Assembly: GCA_018668255.1 (NCBI GenBank)
Contig: JABISZ010000010.1
Span: 48,724 to 112,723 of the forward strand
Origin: Pseudomonadota bacterium
GTDB taxonomy: Bacteria > Pseudomonadota > Gammaproteobacteria > Ga0077536
DNA: 64,000 nt
Direction: 5' to 3'
Shown here: one piece after another, positions 52,329 through 62,176 of the stretch
Layout: every line of letters starts with the position of its first letter
Position numbering within the stretch: position 1 is the first letter of the stretch
The notes under the pieces: model-generated
Told to the model about the DNA's origin: nothing
Databases searched by the model: none
Seen by the model: the letters and a program-made list of their open reading frames with translations, nothing else
Position numbers and translations under genes: made by a program

Positions 52329-54782
52329 CTAACTCCTTGTCCGTACGCTTTTCGGATCGTACATTGGTGTCAGTGAAGCCTTAGCCTTATACAGTCTATC
52401 AGCTTGCTCGATTTCAAACACTCCCGTCGACAAGAATTCACTGGTTATTCCCTCTGAATTTTGCAGGTAGCCCATAGAAGCGCACGCTCCTAAAGTGTGC
52501 GCATATGCCGAGGAAGCCGTGTATCCGATCCTCTCCCCATCGCGTAAGATTGATTCATTGTGAGAAAGTACCGGCCCATTATCTTCTAGTAAGAACTGTA
52601 CCAGTCGCTTATTAACTGGCCCTCTCTCACGCTGGGCGAGCAAGGCTTCTCGTCCAATGAAGCCTGCAGGTTTATCCCAGTCACATGTGAACGACAGCCC
52701 GCACTCAATTAACGTATCTCTCGGGCTCATATCGTGAGCCCACTCGCGATACCCTTTTTCGATTCGCAAAGAATTAAGAGTATGATAACCACAGTGTTTG
52801 AGTCCATACTGAGCTCCTTCTTCAACTATCTTGTCATACACCATGAGAGCCATTTCGGTTGGAATATAAAGTTCCCAACCAAGTTCTCCGGTATATGAAA
52901 TCCTCACAGCCATAGCACTCTGGTAGCCAATTTCTATAGATTGCATTGTTCCAAACGGAAAGCTACTGGAGGAGAAGTCAGTAGATGAAATACTTGCCAT
53001 TAATGACCGTGCTTGAGGCCCTTGTATGTTGAGCATCGCGTATGAACTGGTTATATCAGTGATTATACAATGTGCATCATCTGGTATGTGCTCATGTATC
53101 CATGCTTTCACGTGGGTCGCAGTAAATGCCGCTGTTACAATCAGATATTTATCTTTTTCTATTCTAGTGACTGTTAAATCAGCTTCAACTCCGCCCGTTT
53201 GATTTAAGAACTGAGTGTAAACGACTGTTCCAGCTTTGACTGACATACTCGCCGTCGCGATAAAATTTGGTGTCTTTTCAGCATCTTTTCCTTGAACTAA
53301 TATTTTCTGGAAAGAAGATTGGTCAAAGATTCCCACAGCAGTTCGTACAGCTTGATGCTCTGCGGCATTATTATTAAACCAATTTTGTTTTCCAAAATCG
53401 TACTTATACTCCGCTTCCTCTCCAGGTAGCGCGTACCAATTGGGTCGCTCCCATCCAGCAGACTCACCAAAACAAGCTCCGACTTTCTCTAAACGTTCGT
53501 GTAAAACTGACTTTTTCATATTGCGCCCAGTTTCCCATTGCCGGTTAGGCCAATGCATTTTATAGGCGATACCGAGAGACTCGCTAGTGCGATCGACTAT
53601 AAATGCTTTGTTGTTTTGGCAAGGTTGCATCCGTCGGACATCGACATCCCACATATCCATTGGCTGAACACCGTCGTTGATCCATTGAGCCATAACATTA
53701 CCAGCCCCACCACCTGACAATATTCCTAGGGAATTAAATCCACAGGCTATAAATAGCTGTTTAATGTAAGGAGCCTTTCCCATGAGGTAGTTATGATCAG
53801 GAGTAAATGACTCGGGGCCACAAAAAAATTGTCGAATTCCCGTATCGTTAAGAATAGGAAGGCGCTGCATCCCTGTTTCAATATGAGGCAGCATACGATC
53901 CCAGTCAGGGTCAATTTCATCAAAGCAAAAATTTTCAGGGATCCCCTCAGTGGCCCAAGGTGATGCAACTGGTTCAAAAAAACCCAACAAAATTTTTCCC
54001 GCTTCCTCTCTCGCGTAGATGCCTCGACCAGGATCTCTCAATATAGGAAGTTGATTGTGTACTTCTTTTATCGGTTCTGAAATCAAGTAATAGTGTTCCG
54101 CGGCTTGCAAAGGTATATCTATTCCATTTGTTAACCCGAATTCTCTTCCCCACATACCTGGGCACATTACAACGACTTTTGCTCTCATTTCGCCTTGGTC
54201 TGTAATTACACCAACGGCTCGACCATTTTCTATGATGAGTTCTTTAACTAGTGTGTCTTCAAAAATACGTACACCTTGTTGTCTTGCGCCTTTTGCGAGT
54301 GCCTGAGCGACATCAGCAGGATTTACTCGACCATCGTTCGGAAAGTAAAACCCTGCGAGCAAATCATCTACATAAGTTAACGGAAATAGATCTTGGACTT
54401 GTTGAGGGGAAATTTCTTCACTTTCTACACCGAATGTTCGCGCCAAAGCACATCCACGCCGCATTTCTTCAACCTTGTCTTTAGTCATAGCTAGCTGTAT
54501 CGAACCACATTTAATGAATCCAGTAGCTTGCCCCGTCTCTTCTTCTAGATCTTCATATAATTTTAAAGAATATTGAGCAAGACGTGTTTGACTCTCCGTG
54601 TCACGAAGTGTCGTAACAAGTCCAGCCGCATGCCAAGTTGTACCAGAGCTTACTTTTTTTCTTTCTAGAACAACTACGTCATCCCACCCAAGCTTAGCTA
54701 AGTGATAGGCAGTTGAACACCCTATAACACCTCCTCCAATTACAATCGCACGGGCGTTTTTAGGTAGGGTTTTCTCACTCAT
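52329..54782 (-). CDS. Dimethylglycine/sarcosine dehydrogenase family flavoprotein (DAO domain plus GcvT-like aminomethyltransferase domains)
   Basis: 817 aa. N-terminal GGGVIGCSTAYHLAKLG FAD motif and a C-terminal GcvT fold. Confidence 0.8.
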   Translation of the reverse strand: MSEKTLPKNARAIVIGGGVIGCSTAYHLAKLGWDDVVVLERKKVSSGTTWHAAGLVTTLRDTESQTRLAQYSLKLYEDLEEETGQATGFIKCGSIQLAMTKDKVEEMRRGCALARTFGVESEEISPQQVQDLFPLTYVDDLLAGFYFPNDGRVNPADVAQALAKGARQQGVRIFEDTLVKELIIENGRAVGVITDQGEMRAKVVVMCPGMWGREFGLTNGIDIPLQAAEHYYLISEPIKEVHNQLPILRDPGRGIYAREEAGKILLGFFEPVASPWATEGIPENFCFDEIDPDWDRMLPHIETGMQRLPILNDTGIRQFFCGPESFTPDHNYLMGKAPYIKQLFIACGFNSLGILSGGGAGNVMAQWINDGVQPMDMWDVDVRRMQPCQNNKAFIVDRTSESLGIAYKMHWPNRQWETGRNMKKSVLHERLEKVGACFGESAGWERPNWYALPGEEAEYKYDFGKQNWFNNNAAEHQAVRTAVGIFDQSSFQKILVQGKDAEKTPNFIATASMSVKAGTVVYTQFLNQTGGVEADLTVTRIEKDKYLIVTAAFTATHVKAWIHEHIPDDAHCIITDITSSYAMLNIQGPQARSLMASISSTDFSSSSFPFGTMQSIEIGYQSAMAVRISYTGELGWELYIPTEMALMVYDKIVEEGAQYGLKHCGYHTLNSLRIEKGYREWAHDMSPRDTLIECGLSFTCDWDKPAGFIGREALLAQRERGPVNKRLVQFLLEDNGPVLSHNESILRDGERIGYTASSAYAHTLGACASMGYLQNSEGITSEFLSTGVFEIEQADRLYKAKASLTPMYDPKSVRTRS

Positions 54783-54966
54783 AATTAGATAGTCTCCAGC
54801 TAGTATTCACATGGCTATGGATAAATTTATTTGCTGTGGAAATTTATCATTTTTAAAAGCATTTAGACAGGTTTATCTTGACCCTGTCCTGGCATATTGT
54901 AATCCCCATCTATTAATACATACCTGTTAAACTTGTATGGGCTGACTATGACATTAAGGAATAAGC

Positions 54967-56121
54967 ATGCGCGAAAAAGATAAAAATTTTCAGGCTATTT
55001 ATAAAGCAGCAGAATCCATTGTAGATGTCATTCGGTCGAATGCCTCCCAGGGGGAAATAAATTGTCAGCTCCCTCCACAAACGGTTAATGCTCTGAAAGA
55101 ATCAGGCATGTTAAGTCTCTGGAAGCCGGAAAGTCTCGGTGGCCTTCAATGTGATCCCGAAGCTTACGCTTTAGTAGCTGAATTAATTGCCTCTGCTGAT
55201 ACTTCCGCAGCTTGGACTATGCATGGTGTTGCAGCCAGCTGGTTAGTTTTAAGGAGCGCATCTGATCAACTGGTAGATGAGATAATCGCGAGCGCTGATA
55301 TCCCTGTAATTGCTGATACTTATAACAAGCCAATGCAAGGGGAAAAAGTAGATGGTGGATATCGCTTGAATGGGGATACGCCATTTGCAAGTGGTTCGAA
55401 AATTGCCGATTGGATTGCTCATACTACATTGGTTGATGGACGGATGTTTCTTACCTTTCATCCAGCAGGAACTCTAGAGATTAAAGAGGACTGGGATACT
55501 TTAGGCATTAGAGGAAGTGCGAGTAACACAGTGGTAGCAAAAGATATTTTCGTGCCAGAGCATCGAGCAATAGACATTATGGGAGATGTAACACCATCCC
55601 CGCGTTTCAATGGCGCTCTTTATAGGATGCCCACCGCTGTGGTGCCAGTTGGTATCGCTGCAGTCAGTTTGGGCACGATACGAACTGCTTTAGATTGCTT
55701 GAATGATATTGCTGAGAATCGTATCCCGTTCGGCGGATCAGCTACTCTTAAACACCGAACTTTAGCACAACTGCATTATGGACGTGCCCTGTCAACTTAC
55801 CGTGCATCAAGAAGTTATATCCACGAATGTTTGAGGGACAATTTTAAAACTGCTGAACAAAACCTACAGTTCAGTACCCAGTCTAAGGCGGATATGGTTT
55901 TAGCAGCCACTTTTGTTTTGCAGAATTGTGCAGACGCAGTCAAGGAAGTCGCAAAAGCTGCGGGCACTGCATCCATCCACAAAGGTGGTGGTATTGAAAG
56001 AGCACTTAGAGATGTAGAGGTAACTTCTCATCACGCTTTTGGTTCCGAGAGTAGATTCGCTAGCGTAGCGCAAGCTTATTGGGGTCTAGACATAGATTTT
56101 CCTCTGATAGAGATCGAATAA
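54967..56121 (+). CDS. Acyl-CoA dehydrogenase-fold flavoprotein (ACAD-like oxygenase/dehydrogenase)
   Basis: 384 aa with a three-domain ACAD architecture pattern. No clear catalytic Glu. Weak. Confidence 0.5.
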   Translation: MREKDKNFQAIYKAAESIVDVIRSNASQGEINCQLPPQTVNALKESGMLSLWKPESLGGLQCDPEAYALVAELIASADTSAAWTMHGVAASWLVLRSASDQLVDEIIASADIPVIADTYNKPMQGEKVDGGYRLNGDTPFASGSKIADWIAHTTLVDGRMFLTFHPAGTLEIKEDWDTLGIRGSASNTVVAKDIFVPEHRAIDIMGDVTPSPRFNGALYRMPTAVVPVGIAAVSLGTIRTALDCLNDIAENRIPFGGSATLKHRTLAQLHYGRALSTYRASRSYIHECLRDNFKTAEQNLQFSTQSKADMVLAATFVLQNCADAVKEVAKAAGTASIHKGGGIERALRDVEVTSHHAFGSESRFASVAQAYWGLDIDFPLIEIE

Positions 56122-56173
56122 GGAGCAGAAAGTTACATCATTAATAATAAATACTAAAAGCGAGGTAGAAAAA

Positions 56174-56590
56174 ATGAAAGATAAGACAGCAACGGGTTCC
56201 TGCCAGTGTGGAAATATTCGTTATTCACTTCTCGCCCCCAGTCGTGAGTTACATCATTGTCATTGCTCAATGTGTCGAAAATCTCATGCGTCGATGTTTG
56301 GGACCTATGCAACAATAGAAAGAGAGTATTTTGTAGTCGAAGAAGGAAAAGATTTTCTTTCTACTTACTTAACTACTCCTGACGTCCATCGCCACTTCTG
56401 CTCGGGCTGCGGATCACACATTTTCATAGATGTTGACTGGGAACCTGATTTAGTTTGGTTTACACCAGGCACCATTGACACGGGCCATCCAAATCATCCT
56501 CCGGAAACCGAGAGGCACATTTGGGTAGATTCTAAAAATCCTCTTTATGAGATCACTGGCGACCTTCCAAAGTACAGGGAATTTGATTAG
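56174..56590 (+). CDS. GFA family protein (glutathione-dependent formaldehyde-activating enzyme/CENP-V fold)
   Basis: 138 aa with zinc-binding motifs CQCGNIRY and CHCSMCRK. Confidence 0.8.
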   Translation: MKDKTATGSCQCGNIRYSLLAPSRELHHCHCSMCRKSHASMFGTYATIEREYFVVEEGKDFLSTYLTTPDVHRHFCSGCGSHIFIDVDWEPDLVWFTPGTIDTGHPNHPPETERHIWVDSKNPLYEITGDLPKYREFD

Positions 56591-56625
56591 CTTTCGCTTA
56601 GATATGAGATCGGGCGTAATTACGC

Positions 56626-58311
56626 TTAAAGGCCGTAGAACTCCTTAGCCCGATCTTCAGTGACGTAGCCTTCGCGGACATCTTCTTCCACCGACGCCCT
56701 CGATCTCTCTAGTGGGGATCCGTACCCGCCACCACCCGGCGCTAACACTCTCACTCGATCACCTGGGGTCATAGGGATGTTTGAATATTTGCTCGGGCTT
56801 ACTTTCCCATAACCCTCAACGGTTGTCTCCCATTTTTCGGTGCCGGATTTTTTGTATAGAGTAGCCCCGAGCGCTCCTTCTTGCCCGTCCTCTAGCCCCC
56901 ACGCAGAAAGTTTATGTTTGTTAGTCATTTGACTTACCAGCATTTCTCCGGTGCAGAGCATTTGTTTCACATTACTTAGCCCTCCTCGGAATTTACCTGG
57001 CCCACCTGAGTTCGGTCGCAGAGCATACTCCTCCACTATCCAAGGGAAGCGAGTCTCAAATACTTCCATAGGCGTATTTGAACAGTTTCCATTGATTGAG
57101 TCAGTGGCATCATTTCCGTCAGCGAACAACCGGCCACCATAACCAACGTAGCTAAAGTCGAAGCCTCCATACGGCTCATCGTTCAGGGGGTCGTGCCCTC
57201 CAAAAACAAAACAACCATGAGTTGTCCCTTCTGATGCCATCACACGATCAGGCACGCAATTCACCATAGCCCCAAAAATGGCACAAACTATTAAAGGATG
57301 GCTTTCAGTATTTCCTCCTACCGAGGAGCCGGGATAATCAACATTCATCACCGTGCCAGCTGGAGCTATTACTCGTATCGGTCTCAAGCAGCCAGAATTT
57401 AAAGGAATGGTTTCATCGGTCATGTGCAGGATTGCGTTAAAAGCGGCTGACCAAGCAACACCGAGCGTGGCATTGATAGGCCCTTTGGCCTGTTTAGAGG
57501 AACCCGTATAGTCCACCACAACTTCTCCACCCTGCACGTAAACAGCAACATGAATTTCATACTTTTTATCTTCAATTCCATCATCTTCAATTGTGTCAAT
57601 AAAGGTATACTTGCCGTCTTTGAATGTCTCTAATTCTGCACGCATTCGTTTTTCGGAGTAATCCATCAAGTCCTGCACGGTCTTCTCAAAAGCTTGAGCA
57701 CCATATTTTTCAATCAGACTTTTCAGCCTTTCTTCTCCTAGATCTACAGCACTAATTAGGGCTCGCATGTCTCCATAATTACCTCGCGGAGTGCGTACAT
57801 TCGCCAACATCATTTTCCAAACTTCTGGAACGTCTTTGCCTTCCTTCATGATTTTTACAGGAGGGACGCGTAATCCTTCATGGAATACTTCAGTAGCTTC
57901 ACCAGGAAAGCCTCCAGGAACCATTCCTCCTACTTCTACGAAATGACCGATACAAACCGAAAATGCGACAATCTCTTTGTTGACAAAAATTGGCTTGAAA
58001 ACGGTATGCTCTGGAGTATGCAACCCGCCTCTATACGGATCGTTGTGCACGATGACATCTCCTTCATTCATATCGGAAAGAGGGATTTCCTTAACCATCG
58101 AGCGCACCAACAAAGGCACGCCACCTATCTGGGCAGGGCAGAAATCTGCTACCGCCATTAACTCCCCGTTACGGTTGGCTAAAGCACAAGTGAAATCTTC
58201 AGCTTCACTAAAAATAGTCGAATAAGCTGTTTTCTGTACATTTATTCCCATTTCCCGAGCAATAGCGATCATTGCCGATTCAACTATGTTCATGTGGATC
58301 ATGTCCATCAA
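56626..58311 (-). CDS. Hydantoinase B/oxoprolinase-type subunit (HyuB), second copy
   Basis: 561 aa, canonical HyuB length with no C-terminal extension. Confidence 0.85.
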   Translation of the reverse strand: MMDMIHMNIVESAMIAIAREMGINVQKTAYSTIFSEAEDFTCALANRNGELMAVADFCPAQIGGVPLLVRSMVKEIPLSDMNEGDVIVHNDPYRGGLHTPEHTVFKPIFVNKEIVAFSVCIGHFVEVGGMVPGGFPGEATEVFHEGLRVPPVKIMKEGKDVPEVWKMMLANVRTPRGNYGDMRALISAVDLGEERLKSLIEKYGAQAFEKTVQDLMDYSEKRMRAELETFKDGKYTFIDTIEDDGIEDKKYEIHVAVYVQGGEVVVDYTGSSKQAKGPINATLGVAWSAAFNAILHMTDETIPLNSGCLRPIRVIAPAGTVMNVDYPGSSVGGNTESHPLIVCAIFGAMVNCVPDRVMASEGTTHGCFVFGGHDPLNDEPYGGFDFSYVGYGGRLFADGNDATDSINGNCSNTPMEVFETRFPWIVEEYALRPNSGGPGKFRGGLSNVKQMLCTGEMLVSQMTNKHKLSAWGLEDGQEGALGATLYKKSGTEKWETTVEGYGKVSPSKYSNIPMTPGDRVRVLAPGGGGYGSPLERSRASVEEDVREGYVTEDRAKEFYGL

Positions 58312-58353
58312 TATCTCTCCTTAGGTACTAAGTGCTTTATTGTGCTTAACCGC

Positions 58354-58566
58354 CTAACCAATCTCATGTAGCTTTTCATGTCCGAACGGAATCTTGGGTT
58401 CTTCCACCCCATCAGCTTTTGCTGATGACCAATCTATACACCATTTAGAGCAGAATACTTCATTCGGCGCGATCTCAGATTTCAACCCGTCTGAATAAAG
58501 TAGCATTCCACAGTTCGAGCACTTGATGTATCGCTCGATATAATATCCATTATCTGAAAATTTCAT
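58354..58566 (-). CDS. Small Cys4 zinc-ribbon protein (candidate gamma-like subunit of the adjacent HyuA/HyuB enzyme)
   Basis: 70 aa with CSNC...CSKWC motifs. It lies between hyuA and hyuB on the same strand with short gaps. Confidence 0.5.
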   Translation of the reverse strand: MKFSDNGYYIERYIKCSNCGMLLYSDGLKSEIAPNEVFCSKWCIDWSSAKADGVEEPKIPFGHEKLHEIG

Positions 58567-58583
58567 GTGTTAGCCCTTATATA

Positions 58584-60617
58584 TTAGTTCGTTGCGATTT
58601 CTGCGATTAAAATATTTCCATAAGGATCTATTTTTACGTTGTACTCGGGTCTGATTACAGTCACGGAGGCGCCCTCTTCGATAATAGCCGGCCCATTGAA
58701 GTGATCGCCTGCCTTTAGTTTTGTACGAGAATATACGGCCGTGTTTAAGTATCCAGAATCAAATCTCACTTCGCGTGTGCTCATTGGTTCGGCTGGGGTA
58801 ATAGCTTTTTCAATTTCCGGGAGACTTGGTTTTAAAGTCACCGATACTGCTGTTACTTTAATACTTATCAGTTCAATAGTTTCTCCAGGGATATCAAAAC
58901 CATACCGGGCCTTATGGACTGAATGAAACCGTTCCCATACTTCCGTAGTTGTCAGGTCGTCAAAGACATCGAATGCGATAGGAACCTCTAGTTCATGATT
59001 TTGTCCGAAATACCTCATTTCTAGGGACCGATAGACCTCAAGCGTTCCCGAGTATCCTTGAGCAGAAAGCGATTCTTCTGCTTCTTTTACAAGATCAGAC
59101 AACACCCTGCTAGCATGTTCTTCACCGAAGGCTTTCGATGTCATTTGCGCCGTCCGCTCTAAGTCAATTCGAGCGTCCGTCATAATGAACCCGAAGGCGG
59201 AAAATTGGCCTGGGTAATTAGGTACGATACCACTTGAAATATTCGCCGAATGCATCACGTCAGTGATGTGCACGGGCCCAGCTCCACCAAAAGCCAGCAG
59301 CGTAAAATCTCTCGGATCCAAGCCTCTTTCTGTTAATACCATCCGCAGGGCGCCAACCATATTGTTGTTAGCTATTTGAACGATACCGATAGCAGCTTCA
59401 TCAATAGTAACTTTAATTTCATCAGCTACTTTTTGCACTGCATTCTTAGCTGCGGCAACATCTAATCCCATTTCACCCCCAAGGAAATTAGATGGGTTTA
59501 TGCGACCTAAAACGACATTGGCATCAGTAACAGTCGGCTCCTCGCCCCCGCGGCCATAACATGCTGGCCCCGGTTGAGCGCCAGCACTTTGTGGTCCTAC
59601 GCGCAGCATTCCACCTTTATCAATCCAAGCAATAGATCCACCGCCTGCTCCCATGGTTCGAATATCTAACATCGGAATTTGTATGGGGATCCCAAATTCA
59701 ATTTCGTAACTCGTCGTGAAACTTTCCCGGGCATTGACCACTGTAGAAACGTCAGTCGAAGTGCCGCCCATGTCTAGTGTTACGAGATTTCTAATGCCTG
59801 ACAAATTTGCAATATATTTGGCACCAATGACACCTCCGGTGGGCCCCGACAAACTCAAATGAATAGGGAATTGTCTTGCCGCCTGAAGTGTTATTTCACC
59901 GCCGTTTGATTTTATTACAGCAATTTTTCCGATGTCGCCTCTCGCTTCTACTCGATCCTGAAGAAGTTGCAGGTTTTTGGACACAATAGGCTTAATGTAA
60001 GCATCAGCTATGGTAGTTGACGATCTTTCATGCTCTTTCCATTTAGGTAGGAGATCGTATGAAATAGACACAGGTTTTTTCGGACATTCGGTTTCAAAAA
60101 TAGCTTTTAGCTGGCGCTCATGTTCGGGGAAAATATACGAGCACAACAGACATATTGCGATTGATTCAATCTCAGGGTCTGAGTTTATTTTTTTCGCCAC
60201 TTCACGAGCTTGCGATTCATTTAACGGCTTATAGATACCCTCTCGAGGAGTTACTCTTTCATCTATCTCATAACAGTCGCGTCTTTTAACAAGCGGTTTG
60301 GATTTAATCCATGTGATGTCATAGTGACTTTTACGTTTTCCTCTTTGTATAAACGGAACATCCTTAAACCCTTGTGTAGTGACAAATGCGACCTTCGCGC
60401 CCTTTCTCTCGAGAATCGCGTTGGTCGCGACAGTTGTCCCAAAACGCATATATTCAACTTTATCGGAAATCTTCTGCGCCATCCCATTTAAAATTCCATC
60501 GCTGGGGTCTCCTGGAGTAGACGAAGTTTTCCAAACCTCTAAAGTTTGCGTTTTCGGATCGTAAGAAACAAAATCTGTGAATGTCCCACCAACATCTATA
60601 CCGAGAATACGGGCCAT
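58584..60617 (-). CDS. Hydantoinase/oxoprolinase A-type subunit (HyuA), second copy
   Basis: ILGIDVGGTFTD motif. The start is placed at the internal Met (MARILGID), which has a GGGGAG RBS. The ORF track's first Met is at 60650. Confidence 0.85.
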   Translation of the reverse strand: MARILGIDVGGTFTDFVSYDPKTQTLEVWKTSSTPGDPSDGILNGMAQKISDKVEYMRFGTTVATNAILERKGAKVAFVTTQGFKDVPFIQRGKRKSHYDITWIKSKPLVKRRDCYEIDERVTPREGIYKPLNESQAREVAKKINSDPEIESIAICLLCSYIFPEHERQLKAIFETECPKKPVSISYDLLPKWKEHERSSTTIADAYIKPIVSKNLQLLQDRVEARGDIGKIAVIKSNGGEITLQAARQFPIHLSLSGPTGGVIGAKYIANLSGIRNLVTLDMGGTSTDVSTVVNARESFTTSYEIEFGIPIQIPMLDIRTMGAGGGSIAWIDKGGMLRVGPQSAGAQPGPACYGRGGEEPTVTDANVVLGRINPSNFLGGEMGLDVAAAKNAVQKVADEIKVTIDEAAIGIVQIANNNMVGALRMVLTERGLDPRDFTLLAFGGAGPVHITDVMHSANISSGIVPNYPGQFSAFGFIMTDARIDLERTAQMTSKAFGEEHASRVLSDLVKEAEESLSAQGYSGTLEVYRSLEMRYFGQNHELEVPIAFDVFDDLTTTEVWERFHSVHKARYGFDIPGETIELISIKVTAVSVTLKPSLPEIEKAITPAEPMSTREVRFDSGYLNTAVYSRTKLKAGDHFNGPAIIEEGASVTVIRPEYNVKIDPYGNILIAEIATN

Positions 60618-60818
60618 ACAAAAATCTCCCCAAACATTTAAACGACACACGCTTTTTTTATCGCGCTAATTCTTTCTACATAGGGTAGACCATGTAGATT
60701 ATAAAAACTATGGATATCTCCTGCTACCAAATACACACGTATTTACTACAGAAGCGAGCTATAGAAGACGTTGGGAAAGGTATTCTTAAACTCATGATCT
60801 TAGATAATATAGGGGCTT

Positions 60819-61091
60819 CTAGTTGCTCAACTTGTTATTAAAATAATTCCATACCCCATAAATACTTATAGCAGTCCAGCATACTTCGATTATTAACGCA
60901 GATAGATTGAAATCGAACAAAAGGGTAAATCCAATCAGGAGAGATCCTCCTAAGTTGAGCACAGAATACTGTAAATCAAAGCTAGTCCAGCGCCGCGTTT
61001 GCAACTGAAAGTAAGCGATTAAACACAGCACTACACCTATTGTTCCGATAAAGTCATACCACTGGATTGTCATTTCCCATCCTTTTGACAA
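60819..61091 (-). CDS. Small membrane protein (2 TM), hypothetical
   Basis: 90 aa with two hydrophobic helices and no recognisable family. Confidence 0.4.
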   Translation of the reverse strand: MSKGWEMTIQWYDFIGTIGVVLCLIAYFQLQTRRWTSFDLQYSVLNLGGSLLIGFTLLFDFNLSALIIEVCWTAISIYGVWNYFNNKLSN

Positions 61092-61295
61092 ATTATTGTT
61101 TGTCGAGTTGCTGGTTTAAATAAATTAACTGTGTTGCACGCTCAGCAAACTGTAATGGTGCGTGTCTTATTGCTCGAGCACAAGGCTCCCATTGACTAAA
61201 GTTATAGGATATTGCTTCAGGTGCTGGAACGTTTGTATTTGACCACCTAAGAGCTGCATGGAATACTCATCTATAGGCAAGAGAGGTGAGATCAT

Positions 61296-62114
61296 ATGGA
61301 GTACTGGGAAACAGAAAACCGTTCAGGCTTGTTTATAGCAGGATATAAAAACCCACCTACCAATTATTTTATTGCCGCTGCTGCCATAGAGTTTTCAGAA
61401 TTGATAAAAATCTGGAGACAGCCGGAGGTAAAAGTAATTGTTCTTTCTGGAGCAGTTAAAGATCGCTTCATCACGCACTACAGCGTCGAAGAGCTCGTCG
61501 AGATGGCTGAAAATCCAGAAGTTTTAGAAACCTCAGCCCACAGCATGATTCATGGTTACCACACAATGTTAAGGTCTCTCGCGTACCTAGATAAACCAAT
61601 TGTAGTGGGGATGACTGGCGACACCATGGGTTGCGGACTAGAACTGTCCTTAAATTGTGATATCAGAATAGCTCAGAAAGGCGAGTATCGCATAGGGTTC
61701 CCTGAAATAGCTTTAGGTATCTTAACAGGAACTGGTTCTCAATTACTTACACGCATTATTGGCCATGGTCGTGCGCTTGATTTTCTGTTGCGCAGCCGAA
61801 TAGTTAGTCCTGAAGAGGCTCTGCAACTCGGCATTGTCACTGAAGTCGCGGCGGACGCGAAGGCCCGAGCCATAGAAATTGGTGAAGCTCTCATACAACA
61901 ATCGGGTACCTCACTTGCAGCCGCAAAACGCTCGTTAGTTCGAGGGGGAAACCTCCCAATCGAAGAAGGCCTGAAAATAGAGGCTGAAGAGTGGCTGAAA
62001 ACCGTCGTAACTCAAGAAGCTCTAGATCTAATGCGCGACTATGTTAGCCAACCATTTGAAAACCGCCGGGCATGGATTGAACAGCACGGAGTTCCATTCA
62101 AGCCTATCGATTAA
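61296..62114 (+). CDS. Enoyl-CoA hydratase/isomerase family protein
   Basis: 272 aa with a crotonase fold. Confidence 0.7.
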   Translation: MEYWETENRSGLFIAGYKNPPTNYFIAAAAIEFSELIKIWRQPEVKVIVLSGAVKDRFITHYSVEELVEMAENPEVLETSAHSMIHGYHTMLRSLAYLDKPIVVGMTGDTMGCGLELSLNCDIRIAQKGEYRIGFPEIALGILTGTGSQLLTRIIGHGRALDFLLRSRIVSPEEALQLGIVTEVAADAKARAIEIGEALIQQSGTSLAAAKRSLVRGGNLPIEEGLKIEAEEWLKTVVTQEALDLMRDYVSQPFENRRAWIEQHGVPFKPID

Positions 62115-62176
62115 ATCAGCCACAAAGCCAGCATTTCTTAATCTACGTCATCGTGGATTTTAGCTTATGTGCGCAG

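Noticed and set aside
60651-60818. CTACAT-N10-ATGTAG repeat upstream of the second hyuA
   Set aside because: A 6-bp inverted repeat is expected by chance at this frequency in a 168-bp AT-rich spacer. It is not reported as a site.
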